A DNA stretch of 64,000 bases, from contig JAHYIY010000012.1 of assembly GCA_019429255.1 (NCBI GenBank), forward strand, positions 2,505-66,504, given 5' to 3'. The position numbers and the translations under genes were made by a program. Source of the stretch: Desulfuromonadales bacterium. GTDB lineage: Bacteria; Desulfobacterota; Desulfuromonadia; Desulfuromonadales; Geopsychrobacteraceae. Below, piece by piece: positions 39,923 to 49,834 of this stretch. The notes under the pieces are model-generated. The model saw only the letters and a list, made by a program, of their open reading frames with translations. It searched no databases and was not told the origin of the DNA. Positions within the stretch are counted from its first letter, which is position 1, and the number at the start of each line of letters is the position of its first letter.

Positions 39923-41707
39923 ATGAATATTCTCTCCCTCCATCAGGTCAGTCTGGCCTTCGGTGGTCCTAAACTTCTCGATAGCGTCAATTTGCAGATT
40001 GAGGCCGGTGATCGTATCTGTCTGCTTGGGCGTAACGGTGCCGGCAAATCGTCGTTGATGCGCCTGCTCAACGGCGACATTCCGGCTGACGCAGGCGAGA
40101 TCCAGCGCCGCCAGGGGGTGCATACCGCCTACGTTCCCCAGGACTTTCCCAGCCGGTGGCCGGGGACGGTGCGTGACTATCTGCTGCAATCTGGTCAGGC
40201 GCAAGGGATTGACGAGCTGACCCTGCAGGTGCGGATTGATCAACTCGCCGGACGTTTGGAATTGATGTTGGATGAACCGCCAACCGATCTTTCCGGTGGT
40301 CAGCAACGTCGTACCTTGCTGGCGGCAGCACTGATTCTCGAACCCGACCTGATCCTGCTCGATGAACCGACCAACCATCTTGATGTCGAGGCGATTATCA
40401 AACTCGAAGAGATGCTGCTGCGGCTCGGGAAGACACTGGTTTTTGTCAGTCACGACCGCGCTTTTGCCCGCCGTCTGGCAACACGGATTGTTGAACTTGA
40501 TCGTGGCCGCTTGCATGACTATCGCTGCGACTACGACACCTTTCTGGAGCGCCGCCAGGATGTTCTGCATGCCGAAGAAAGGGCCTGGGAGCGTTTTGAT
40601 CAGAAGCTGGCTGAAGAGGAGGTATGGATCCGCAAGGGGATCAAGGCACGCCGTACCCGTAATATGGGACGGGTGCGCGATTTGCTGAAATTACGCGAGG
40701 AGCGGCGCCAACGGCGTGAGCGTATCGGCAAGGTACGCCTGAATATCGATGAAGCACAGCGCAGCGGGCGCCTGGTAGTAGAAACGCAGGGCTTGAGTTT
40801 TGCCTTTGACGACAGTCCGGCGTTGATTAAGAATCTTGATTTGCGCATCATGCGCGGTGATCGCATCGGTCTGCTCGGGCCTAATGGCTGTGGTAAAACC
40901 ACCCTACTCAAGCTGCTGACCGGCGAATTACAGCCGACGACCGGTACCCTGCGCCTGGGAACCAATCTGGAAATCGCCTATTTTGATCAATTGCGTGACC
41001 AGCTCGATGGCGATCGCAGTGTCAAGCAGAACCTCGCTGATGATCACGATCAGGTCATCATCAATGGCCAGCCGCGCCATATTTATGGTTACCTGCAGGA
41101 TTTTCTTTTTACCCCTGAGCGGGCGCGCACGCCGGTTCGGGTCCTGTCCGGTGGGGAAAAAAATCGCTTGCTGTTAGCCAAGCTGTTCACCCGTCCGGCG
41201 AATCTGCTCATTCTCGATGAACCGACCAACGATCTTGATATGGAAACCCTCGAGTTGCTTGAGGAATTACTCCTTGATTATCAGGGGACGGTGCTGTTGG
41301 TCAGCCACGACCGCAGCTTTATCAACAACCTGGTGACCAGCTCCCTGGTGTTTAGCGGCAACGGCAGGGTTGAGGAGGTCATCGGTGGTTATGATGACTG
41401 GCTGGCGCAGCAACCGGTGCTGGCCCCTGGTACAGAAAAAAAAGCGAAAGCGGCTGCCCCGGTGCGCAAAGAGCGACAGCGCAAACTGACGTTCAAAGAG
41501 AAAAAAGAACTGGAAGAATTGCCCCTGACCATCGAGACCCTCGAAGCCGAACAGGCAGAGTTGCATCAGCGCATGGCCGACCCGACACTGTACCAGCAGG
41601 GGGGCAGCGCGGCGGTTACCGCGACGAACCAGCGGCTGGCTGAGTTGGAAGCAACGCTGGAGAAAGCCTACGGGCGCTGGCAGGAGTTGGAGCAGATCCC
41701 GGAGTAA
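39923..41707 (+). CDS. uup: ABC-F ATPase, Uup-like
   Basis: Two ABC cassettes, EEVWIRKGIKARRTRN linker, KLTFKEKKEL coiled-coil tail. Confidence 0.9.
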   Translation: MNILSLHQVSLAFGGPKLLDSVNLQIEAGDRICLLGRNGAGKSSLMRLLNGDIPADAGEIQRRQGVHTAYVPQDFPSRWPGTVRDYLLQSGQAQGIDELTLQVRIDQLAGRLELMLDEPPTDLSGGQQRRTLLAAALILEPDLILLDEPTNHLDVEAIIKLEEMLLRLGKTLVFVSHDRAFARRLATRIVELDRGRLHDYRCDYDTFLERRQDVLHAEERAWERFDQKLAEEEVWIRKGIKARRTRNMGRVRDLLKLREERRQRRERIGKVRLNIDEAQRSGRLVVETQGLSFAFDDSPALIKNLDLRIMRGDRIGLLGPNGCGKTTLLKLLTGELQPTTGTLRLGTNLEIAYFDQLRDQLDGDRSVKQNLADDHDQVIINGQPRHIYGYLQDFLFTPERARTPVRVLSGGEKNRLLLAKLFTRPANLLILDEPTNDLDMETLELLEELLLDYQGTVLLVSHDRSFINNLVTSSLVFSGNGRVEEVIGGYDDWLAQQPVLAPGTEKKAKAAAPVRKERQRKLTFKEKKELEELPLTIETLEAEQAELHQRMADPTLYQQGGSAAVTATNQRLAELEATLEKAYGRWQELEQIPE

Positions 41708-41772
41708 ACCTTTAATGCAGAGGTGCAGGTGAGTTTGATAGCTGATTTGAACATATTGTTGCCAATCTTTTT

Positions 41773-41890
41773 GCCACCAAGGCACCAAGAACACCAAGGG
41801 GATCTGAAGACCTGAGAACATAGCGTCGGATTTTTAACTTTCAGCAATTCAGCCCTAAGGTTTTCTTGGAGAACTTGGAGCCTTGGTGGC
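41773..41890. repeat. CCAAG periodic palindrome, copy 1
   Basis: GCCACCAAGGCACCAAGAACACCAAG ... CTTGGAGAACTTGGAGCCTTGGTGGC. Confidence 0.85.
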
Positions 41891-41897
41891 TAAATTT

Positions 41898-43154
41898 TTA
41901 AGGTAGCGCTTCAGCGAGCAGGTCGAGGATATGCAGGGCGCGTTGGTTGCCGCCTGAGTGATTGATGCTGTCCTGCAGTTGCATGATGCAGCCGGGGCAG
42001 TCGGTGGCTACCAGCGTGGCACCGGTTTCCTCGATCAGGGCCGCTTTTTTGGCACCAATCTTTTTGCTGGTATCATAGTGATAGACCGAGTAGGTTCCCC
42101 CCAGCCCGCAACAGCTCCCCGCCCCTGGCAATTCGACAAAATCGACCTGGGGCAGGGCTTTGAGGATCGCCCGCGGTTCCTTGGTGATACCGTGATTACG
42201 CAGGTGACAGGGATCGTGGTAGGTGACCTTGATGCGCTTTTCCGCCTTGGGCAGTTGCGCCAGTTTTTCCGGCAACCCCTGCTCGACCAGATAGACGAAG
42301 ATGTCCTTGATTTTTTTCTGATACTCCCCTTCACCGCCAATCATCCCCGGATAAATCTGCCTCAAGCCCGAATGGCAGGAGGCACAGGCGGTAACGATGG
42401 TATCGTAGCGGTGTTTGCTGAACATCTCCAGGTTGATGGAAGCCAACCTTTCCACCGTGTCAGTGGCACCGGCTGATACCGCCGGCAGACCACAGCAGGC
42501 CTGCTCCTGGGGAATCAGAATGGTTACCCCGAGAAACTTCAGCGCCTTGATCAAGGCTTCGCCGCTTTCCGGATACATGTAATTGATGCCGCAACCGGTA
42601 AAAAACAGGACGGTCGGGGCGCCCTCTTTACCGGGGATCACTTCGGGAAAGCGTTCACGTAAGGGTTTAGCGGTGACCGGCGGCAAGGTCCGGTCGGCAC
42701 TGATGAAAGGGGCAGGAAAGCGCAGGTGTAGCCCGCTACTCTCAGGGATTTTTTTGAATAACAGGCGCGACAGTTTGCCACCGCTTTTGGCCAGCAGATT
42801 CATCAGTTTCGGGTGTTTAAGCACCGTTGCTACACCGAAACCAAAGCTGGACAATCCCTTGCGTCGGGCGATCTCGCGCCGCGTGGCGGCGACAATCTCT
42901 TCGGTCTGGACTTTGTTGGGGCACTGGGAGTAGCAACTGCCGCACAGCAGGCATTGGGACATATCGACAAGGAACTGCTCCTCCAGATCAACCTCGCCGT
43001 CGAGCAAGGCATCCGCCAACGCGATCTTCCCCCGCGCCACTCGCCCTTCATGGCGTTCAGCACCAAAGGCCGGGCAATGGGCACGACAGCCACCGCATTT
43101 AACGCAATGTTTGATCTCGTCACGATAATCTTCAAGGGTTTTAAGTTTGGCCAT
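41898..43154 (-). CDS. glcF: Glycolate/D-lactate oxidase Fe-S subunit
   Basis: CVKCGGCRAHCP, CLLCGSCYSQCP, two CCG domains, YHDPCH. Confidence 0.88.
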   Translation of the reverse strand: MAKLKTLEDYRDEIKHCVKCGGCRAHCPAFGAERHEGRVARGKIALADALLDGEVDLEEQFLVDMSQCLLCGSCYSQCPNKVQTEEIVAATRREIARRKGLSSFGFGVATVLKHPKLMNLLAKSGGKLSRLLFKKIPESSGLHLRFPAPFISADRTLPPVTAKPLRERFPEVIPGKEGAPTVLFFTGCGINYMYPESGEALIKALKFLGVTILIPQEQACCGLPAVSAGATDTVERLASINLEMFSKHRYDTIVTACASCHSGLRQIYPGMIGGEGEYQKKIKDIFVYLVEQGLPEKLAQLPKAEKRIKVTYHDPCHLRNHGITKEPRAILKALPQVDFVELPGAGSCCGLGGTYSVYHYDTSKKIGAKKAALIEETGATLVATDCPGCIMQLQDSINHSGGNQRALHILDLLAEALP

Positions 43155-43168
43155 TAGCTTAAATTTCT

Positions 43169-43242
43169 GCCACCAAGGCTCCAGGCTCACCAATAAAATC
43201 AAAAAACTTAGCTTCTCTTGGCGTTCTTGGTGCCTTGGTGGC
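43169..43242. repeat. CCAAG periodic palindrome, copy 2
   Basis: GCCACCAAGGCTCCAGGCTCACCAA ... CTTGGCGTTCTTGGTGCCTTGGTGGC. Confidence 0.85.
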
Positions 43243-43251
43243 TAACAGGTT

Positions 43252-44640
43252 TTAAACATCACTCGGGAAGATTTTTCCCGGGTTGAGGATGTTGTTGGGG
43301 TCGAGGGCTTTTTTGATGGTTTTCATGTAGTCGATGGCAGCCGTGCCCAGCTCCATGCCGACAAAAGGCGCCTTCATGATCCCGACGCCGTGTTCACCAC
43401 TCATGGTCCCGCCAAGCTCCAACGCCCCGGCAAAGACATCGGCGATGGCCCCATCGGCTTTTTCTTGTTCACCGGGAATCTTGCTGTCGATCATGATATT
43501 GACATGGATGTTGCCGTCGCCGGCATGACCAAAGTTGACGATAGGAATGCCGTACTTGTCAGAGATCTTGTCGATTTTGCGGATCATTTCCGGCACTTTG
43601 GAGCGTGGAACGCAGATATCCTCGTTGAACTTGTCCGGGTTGACGCGGCGCAGTGAGGCCGAGACCGAGCGACGAATCTGCCACAGGGCTTCACTTTCTT
43701 CCGGGGTTTCAGCGATCCGGGTTTCCACCACCCCTAAGGGTTTGATGATGGCGGCGATTTTCTGTGCCTGCTTGTCGAGAAACTCGCGGTCGCCGTCGAC
43801 CTCAATGATCAGCAGGGCGCGCGCTGCTTGCGGAACCTGCAGATTTGTCGCTTCGCGGACACAGTCGATGGTGCGACCGTCCATGAACTCCAGGGTGGCC
43901 GGGATGATCTTGCCGCGGATGATGTTTGACACCGCCTGGGCGGCGCCATCGATGGAGTCGAACAGCACCAGCATGGTTTTTTTGGCTTCCGGTAACGGCA
44001 GCAGTTTGATGATGATCTTGGTGATGACCGCCAGGGTGCCTTCGCTGCCGCAGATCAGTTTGGTCAGGTCGTAGCCGACCACCCCTTTCATGGTGGGACC
44101 ACCGGTGGTAATGATGTCACCGGTCGGGGTGACGATCTCAAGGCCGATGATGTAGTCCTTGGTGACACCGTACTTGACACAGCGCGGGCCGCCGGCACAC
44201 TCGGCAACGTTGCCGCCGAGGGTCGACATTTTCAGCGATGCCGGATCGGGCGGGTAGAACAGACCGACTTTTTCCACCGCTTTTTGGAAATCTTCGGTGA
44301 CTACCCCGGGTTCGACAGTGGCGACGAGGTTTTCCTCGTCGATCTCCAGGATACGATTGAGGCGGGTTAAGCCAAGGACAATGCCGTCCGATTGGGTCGG
44401 CAGGCTGCCACCGCTGAAGCCACTACCGGCGCCGCGAGGATAGATGGGGATATGGTGCCGGGTGGCCAGCGCCATGATCCGGCTGATCTCTTGCGTGGTG
44501 CCGGGGTGAACCACCGCTGCCGGCAGAAACTTGCGCTGGGTGGCATCGTAGGAGTAACAGATCAGCGAAGCCTTGTCGGTGAGGACATGCTCCTTGCCGA
44601 CAATCTGCTCAAGGCCGTTGATGATGGTTTTGTCAAGCAT
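43252..44640 (-). CDS. glcD: FAD-linked glycolate/D-lactate dehydrogenase subunit
   Basis: PRGAGSG, YPPDPAS, GSEGTL, GHAGDGNIH, GEHGVG, LNPGK. Confidence 0.92.
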   Translation of the reverse strand: MLDKTIINGLEQIVGKEHVLTDKASLICYSYDATQRKFLPAAVVHPGTTQEISRIMALATRHHIPIYPRGAGSGFSGGSLPTQSDGIVLGLTRLNRILEIDEENLVATVEPGVVTEDFQKAVEKVGLFYPPDPASLKMSTLGGNVAECAGGPRCVKYGVTKDYIIGLEIVTPTGDIITTGGPTMKGVVGYDLTKLICGSEGTLAVITKIIIKLLPLPEAKKTMLVLFDSIDGAAQAVSNIIRGKIIPATLEFMDGRTIDCVREATNLQVPQAARALLIIEVDGDREFLDKQAQKIAAIIKPLGVVETRIAETPEESEALWQIRRSVSASLRRVNPDKFNEDICVPRSKVPEMIRKIDKISDKYGIPIVNFGHAGDGNIHVNIMIDSKIPGEQEKADGAIADVFAGALELGGTMSGEHGVGIMKAPFVGMELGTAAIDYMKTIKKALDPNNILNPGKIFPSDV

Positions 44641-44689
44641 AGATGGTCCTGTCCTGTTTTTTTAAAAGGGGCTTATGCAAAAGCATATC

Positions 44690-44845
44690 GCATCTGTTCA
44701 GCATCGGGCCTTTGAATCCTATGTCAAGGGCCGCGATTGTTTCCCGTTGGGTCATCCATGACCGCTTTTTGTCGCCGTCCATGGCGACAAAAAGCCTTGC
44801 CACAGGATCCAAAGGCTCTGCGCAAGGATAGCGCTGAATAGTTAC
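44690..44845. mobile_element. 156-bp GTAAC-ended MITE, full length
   Basis: GCATCTGTTCAGC / GCTGAATAGTTAC; flanks AGCATATC and AGATTATC (6/8 match); colinear with the 34018 copy. Confidence 0.88.
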
Positions 44846-44924
44846 AGATTATCAAATAAACAACCAAAAAAGTCTACTTTGAGCGACCGAACCAACCGGT
44901 TTTCCCGCGGACCAAAGGTTTGTT

Positions 44925-46205
44925 TCAGGCTGCCGTTGGAACGATAACCGGCAGGATTGTGCCGCCGTCGGGGATAATGACCGTAGAAAAATCGCTGGGC
45001 AGGATGGGTCGCACCTGTGCCAGAGCTGTCTGCAGATCAACGGCTTTCTCCATCCCCATGGCGGCCGTTTGTTCCTTGCTGAATTCGCTGATCAGCAGGA
45101 TACGGAAGCGCCGCGCACGAGCCAGCACGGCGTGGGCAGTCTGACCGTTGATCTGATAGTTGGTACGCAATGCGGCTTCAAACTCGTCAAGATCCTGATA
45201 GCGGAACCAATCGAAAAAGGTCGGATAACCAAAGCCGTCGCGGCAGGCAGCAAGAAAAATTATCATGCCCCCTTCCTTGACCGCACGGCAGCCATAATCG
45301 AGGGCTTTTTGGGCCTGGATAAAGTTAATGTCCTTGGGTTCGCCGCCGCATGAAATAACCGCCAGATCGGCGGCAGCGGCAAGGGGCACGCTGTAGAGGG
45401 AGCGTACCAGCTCACAGCCGGCCAGATGCGCCTGTTCCAGGTCGCCGCAGAAGACGGCGACAATGTCTTTGTTTGGTCCCAGGACGGTATTAAGGAGAAA
45501 ATCGGGTTCGACCCGCTGGGCGGCCTGGAGCAGATTGCGATGGACCGGGTTGTCGTTAAGCACTCCGGTCACGGCGGAGGGATGTTTGCCCCCCACTTCC
45601 GGTGGGTTGAATACGGCAAAATGGCTGGCCATGCAGGTCTGACGGCCCGCTACGCCAGGTACCAGGCCTTTGCGGCCGCCGCCGAAGCCGGCAAAATAGT
45701 GATAGCCGATGGTGCCGGTAACAATGACCCGATCCGCCGCCATCACCCGGCGATTGATCTGTACCGGAATGCCGCCGTCGGTCATCCCCAGGTCCACCAG
45801 TTGTGTCGGGTCGTCACAATCATGATCGTAAACGGCAATGCGCCGGTAAAGGGAGCCGAGGATCCTGCGGTGCTCTGCTGCGGTTTGCCGGCGATGAATC
45901 CCCAGGGCGATAACAATGCTGATATTCGCATCGGGAATGCCACAGCGGTTGAGCTCGTCGACCAGCAATGGCAGGTATATTTCGCTGGCCGAGTAGCGAG
46001 TGATATCGGAGGTAACGATGACCACCTCCTCCCCTGGTTTGATAATGCCGGACAACGGCAGAGTACCAATCGGGTTTTTTAACGCTTCACCTACCAATTC
46101 TGTTGCGGAGCGCGGTGGTGCTAGAGGTTTCATCTGCAACAGTTGCGCGCCGGGCACATGGCAGGGGACGCTGATGGAGCCGTATTTCAGGGCAATGTCA
46201 GTCAC
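44925..46205 (-). CDS. larA: Nickel-pincer lactate racemase family protein
   Basis: SDITR, ALGIHR, HYFAGFGGGRK, PKDINFIQAQK, ACRDG. Confidence 0.88.
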   Translation of the reverse strand: MTDIALKYGSISVPCHVPGAQLLQMKPLAPPRSATELVGEALKNPIGTLPLSGIIKPGEEVVIVTSDITRYSASEIYLPLLVDELNRCGIPDANISIVIALGIHRRQTAAEHRRILGSLYRRIAVYDHDCDDPTQLVDLGMTDGGIPVQINRRVMAADRVIVTGTIGYHYFAGFGGGRKGLVPGVAGRQTCMASHFAVFNPPEVGGKHPSAVTGVLNDNPVHRNLLQAAQRVEPDFLLNTVLGPNKDIVAVFCGDLEQAHLAGCELVRSLYSVPLAAAADLAVISCGGEPKDINFIQAQKALDYGCRAVKEGGMIIFLAACRDGFGYPTFFDWFRYQDLDEFEAALRTNYQINGQTAHAVLARARRFRILLISEFSKEQTAAMGMEKAVDLQTALAQVRPILPSDFSTVIIPDGGTILPVIVPTAA

Positions 46206-46208
46206 TAT

Positions 46209-46994
46209 TTAATAGCCTTTGATCATGCCGCCATCAACCTGGATGACATCACCGGTCATATAGGAACAGATCGGTGAAGCAAGGAAGGTGACCACTCGGG
46301 CAAACTCGTCCGGAGTGCCGTAGCGTGCCAGGGGGATCAGTTTCTGGTTGTCTTCACGCACCTGCTCGATGGAAAGACCCTGCTTGTCGGCTTTGAGTTG
46401 ATCGAGGTAAACAGTGCGATCGGTGGCTACCCGCCCCGGTGCGACGGTATGAACCAGAACATTGTCCTGCGCCAGTTCATTGGCCAGACTTTTGCCTAAG
46501 CCCAGCATGCCCATGCGAAACGCGTTGGACAGCAGCAAGCCCGGAATCGGCTGTCTGACCGACGAGGAGGTGATGTTGATGATGCGCCCGCCATGCTTTT
46601 TCAGATCAGGGAGTACCTCACGGATGGTGCGTACGTAGGCGAGCAGGGTCGATTCAAAAGCGGACTGCCAGTGATTGTCGTCGAGCTGGTCGAAGTCGCC
46701 CCCCGGCGGCCCACCGGAATTGTTGATCAGAATGTTGATCGATCCGAGCTGCTCCCGGGTTGCGGCGACGAGGTTTTTGATGTCGTCGGCGGTGGACATG
46801 TCTGATCCGCAGGCAGCTATTTTGCCGGGTGCCTGAGCGGCAATCTCACTGCGTGTCTGTTCCAGAACCGCTGTGTCGCGGCCGGTGAGCATGACGTTGC
46901 ACCCCTCAAACGCCAGTTGGGTGGCCACCGCCTTGCCCAACCCGCGGCTCGACGCCATCACCAATGCCACTTGTCCTTGTAGTTGCAGATCCAT
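46209..46994 (-). CDS. Short-chain dehydrogenase/reductase
   Basis: ASSRGLG, NSGGP, VAPG, VDGG; lacks canonical YxxxK. Confidence 0.88.
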   Translation of the reverse strand: MDLQLQGQVALVMASSRGLGKAVATQLAFEGCNVMLTGRDTAVLEQTRSEIAAQAPGKIAACGSDMSTADDIKNLVAATREQLGSINILINNSGGPPGGDFDQLDDNHWQSAFESTLLAYVRTIREVLPDLKKHGGRIINITSSSVRQPIPGLLLSNAFRMGMLGLGKSLANELAQDNVLVHTVAPGRVATDRTVYLDQLKADKQGLSIEQVREDNQKLIPLARYGTPDEFARVVTFLASPICSYMTGDVIQVDGGMIKGY

Positions 46995-47184
46995 GGATTA
47001 TCTCCTTGTAAAAAGATTGAAAGTAACATTACTGTATCACAAGGATCTCGCACAAGAGACAAACTGCTGTTCCTGTGGACTTTTCTCCTGCATAACCGCA
47101 AGGATATAGTTGCAGTGGTATCGATGGCTATGCTAATAAGACTGATTTTGGCTACACAGAAATCAACCGCAGGAGAGAAGAACC

Positions 47185-48249
47185 ATGGATCTGCAAATTC
47201 TTCCGATTGAGCGCCCCAAGCCACGCATCAGCGATGAAAACAACCTGGTATTCGGCAAGCAGTTTACCGATCGCATGTTCGTGATGGAGTACGACAGTGG
47301 CAAAGGCTGGCACTCTGCCCGGATTCAGCCCTACGCCCCCTTCGTACTTGATCCGGCCGCCATGGTTTTTCACTATTCTCAGGAGATTTTTGAAGGGCTC
47401 AAGGCTTTTCGCCGCGCCGATGGAACCATTGCCCTGTTCCGCCCGGCTGATAACGTTGCCCGCTTTAACCGTAGTGCCCGGCGTATGTGCATGCCTGAAG
47501 TGGATGAGAAATTCTTTCTCGATGCCCTGCTCAGGTTGATTCGTCTCGAAGCCGACTGGGTGCCCCATCATGAGGGGACCAGCCTATACATCCGCCCGAC
47601 AATGATTGCCACCGAACCGATGCTTGGCGTGCGCCCGTCCAACAAGTATCTGTGCTACATCATTCTGTCGCCGGTGGGAGCCTACTACAAGGGGGGTGTT
47701 GCGCCGGTGAAGATCTGGATCTCCGATTTTTATGTGCGTGCCACCGAAGGGGGAACGGGGGAAGCTAAAACCGGCGGTAACTACGCAGCCAGTCTTTATG
47801 CCGCCAAGCAGGCAGCGGACAATGGTTACGACCAGGTGTTATGGCTTGATGCCAAAGAACGGCGCTTTGTTGAAGAGGTTGGCAGTATGAATATGCTGTT
47901 TCTCTATGATGGCAAGATTGTGACTTCCCCGCTGCGTGGCACTGTTCTTGACGGCATCACCCGTCGTTCGGCGCTGACCCTGCTTGGTGAGATGGGTTAC
48001 CAGATTGAAGAGCGCGCCCTGACGGTTGATGAAGTGATGGAAGGATCAGCTAGCGGGCGTTTGACAGAGGCTTTTGGTACCGGCACAGCGGTCGTCATTT
48101 CGCCGGTTGGCTCTTTCTGCTACAAAGGTTCCTGTGTCCAGTTGGGTGATGGCCATCCCGGCAAGCTGACGATGGAACTGTACAACAAGTTGACCGCCAT
48201 CCAGTACGGTAAGGAACCAGATCATCATCACTGGGTTACTTCTCTGTAG
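47185..48249 (+). CDS. ilvE: Branched-chain amino acid aminotransferase
   Basis: FEGLKA, LYIRP, AKTGGNYA, EEVGSMN, LDGITR, GTAVVI. Confidence 0.96.
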   Translation: MDLQILPIERPKPRISDENNLVFGKQFTDRMFVMEYDSGKGWHSARIQPYAPFVLDPAAMVFHYSQEIFEGLKAFRRADGTIALFRPADNVARFNRSARRMCMPEVDEKFFLDALLRLIRLEADWVPHHEGTSLYIRPTMIATEPMLGVRPSNKYLCYIILSPVGAYYKGGVAPVKIWISDFYVRATEGGTGEAKTGGNYAASLYAAKQAADNGYDQVLWLDAKERRFVEEVGSMNMLFLYDGKIVTSPLRGTVLDGITRRSALTLLGEMGYQIEERALTVDEVMEGSASGRLTEAFGTGTAVVISPVGSFCYKGSCVQLGDGHPGKLTMELYNKLTAIQYGKEPDHHHWVTSL

Positions 48250-48262
48250 TTTCTCTCTCCCT

Positions 48263-48294
48263 GGGTCAGATGCGCCGGCCGGCGCATCTGACCC
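48263..48294. terminator. Perfect 32-bp palindrome between convergent genes
   Basis: GGGTCAGATGCGCCGG-CCGGCGCATCTGACCC. Confidence 0.6.
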
Positions 48295-48326
48295 CGTTGC
48301 TCAAGTTTATTGCAATCTTTTCTCCA

Positions 48327-48827
48327 CTACATATTTTCTGAGGCACCATCGAAGCCATGAATTGTGCCCTGATTGTAGCAGCGCAGATGGCACTGATCCA
48401 GGCCGTAGAGCAGCAGACCGACCAGCAGTACCGGTAAAAAGTGGTCAGCGATGCCGCCGGTGAAGCTGTAAAAGAAATAAAAGGCGCTACGGTAGCCCAG
48501 GTGGTTCCAGGTGCTTTCCGGCCTGGATCGGCTAGCCAACGCCTTCAAACCCAGAATAATCGAAGAGCCGAAATAAACGGCCAGAGCGATGCTGACCATA
48601 TAGGCTGGGGGGGGATAGCCGAGCAATTGGCGCAGGGGTTCGGATGCCATGGCAAACAGATTCAGATCGCGCACATTGTAGGCACAAATACTTACCAGCA
48701 AAAAAAGGAACAATTCCCACAGGTTGTGGCGCGCCAGATGGTGGCCATTATCACGCAGATCACGGATCTTCTGCTGTCTGCTCTCATGGGGTTTTGTGCC
48801 GGCCTCGGATTGAATGCGTCTTTTCAT
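48327..48827 (-). CDS. Cbc-cluster-associated membrane protein (putative)
   Basis: Three to four TM helices, LGYPPP, HLGYRSAFYFFY; GGAGG RBS; next to cbcB. Confidence 0.65.
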   Translation of the reverse strand: MKRRIQSEAGTKPHESRQQKIRDLRDNGHHLARHNLWELFLFLLVSICAYNVRDLNLFAMASEPLRQLLGYPPPAYMVSIALAVYFGSSIILGLKALASRSRPESTWNHLGYRSAFYFFYSFTGGIADHFLPVLLVGLLLYGLDQCHLRCYNQGTIHGFDGASENM

Positions 48828-48877
48828 GTCAGCCTCCACCGTGATTGAGATTTCTGCAACTCCTGCTGTCTTTAGAA

Positions 48878-48892
48878 GCAGGTGTCGTGCCA
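48878..48892 (-). promoter_or_regulatory. sigma54 promoter
   Basis: TGGCAC-GACAC-CTGC; IHF-like AATCAGGATGTTA at 48920-48932. Confidence 0.7.
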
Positions 48893-48974
48893 ACTTTGTT
48901 TATTGAACTATTTCTTAAAAATCAGGATGTTAAGGCGAGTTGCGCGGGTCTGGTGCGAGTGGTCGCGTCAATCT

Positions 48975-48998
48975 TTCCTGTTTGGCAGGAAAATTCTC
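48975..48998. promoter_or_regulatory. Candidate enhancer (UAS) 1
   Basis: TTCCTG-N5-CAGGAAAATTCTC, shared with 52074-52097. Confidence 0.65.
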
Positions 48999-49148
48999 AA
49001 GAGATGGGAATCAGCGTCGGTCGCAGTTTGGGATGGGTGAAAAAACCGCAGTGGTGGTGGCGGGGTATGACAAACGTTTGTCAGCTCGCAACGGGGCGGC
49101 ACCAGCTGGTGCCGCCCCGGATGAAGCAGTTTTTATGTCGGCACAAGA

Positions 49149-49823
49149 TCAGTGGCTTGGCACCGTACCATTTTCTTTGTGGTCGGGCACGTCATTGCCG
49201 TTTTCTTCCCACCCGGTCCACATGGTTTTGATGTGCTCCATGGGGGTGTGCCCGAGGGTGGTCAGGTAAACGTGGGTTGGCAGAAAGGCGATCAGGCAGC
49301 ATGCGAGCAGGAAATGGACGCTCATCAGAATTTTCATGCCGCCCATCATGACGATGACGCCACGCAAGGGTTCAACATTGGTCATAAAGATGCCGGTCAG
49401 GCTGACCAGTGGCATCAGTACGAACATGATGGCCAGATACGCTGACTTCTGCATCGGGTTGAATTTGTTCCTGGGTGTCGGGTGGTGCGGGTTTTCCCAG
49501 CCCAGGAAGTAGGTCAAAAAGTAGAATTTCGCCTGGCGCAACAGTCCGGTTTTCAGATCTTCAACTTTGGGAACATAGAGGTTTGCCATCGACCGGGCAA
49601 TGAAGACATAGTAGAAAAACCACAGGGTAAAGGATATCGCCACGACAAAACCGGCAGTGTTGTGGAGATAGATGGCGGACTTGTAGCTGCCGAGCAGGCT
49701 GATATATTCCGGAAAGCGGATCTGTGCTCCGGAAACGGTCAGGGTAACGATACCGAAAGCATTCAGCCAATGCCAGATGCGTACGGGTGTTGGTTGCAGA
49801 TAGATTTTTGTATTTTCAGCCAT
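49149..49823 (-). CDS. cbcB: Di-heme cytochrome b, CbcB-like
   Basis: RIWHWLNA, LHN, KFNPMQK, VHF..HVYL; four TM helices. Confidence 0.8.
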   Translation of the reverse strand: MAENTKIYLQPTPVRIWHWLNAFGIVTLTVSGAQIRFPEYISLLGSYKSAIYLHNTAGFVVAISFTLWFFYYVFIARSMANLYVPKVEDLKTGLLRQAKFYFLTYFLGWENPHHPTPRNKFNPMQKSAYLAIMFVLMPLVSLTGIFMTNVEPLRGVIVMMGGMKILMSVHFLLACCLIAFLPTHVYLTTLGHTPMEHIKTMWTGWEENGNDVPDHKENGTVPSH

Positions 49824-49834
49824 GATGAATCCCC

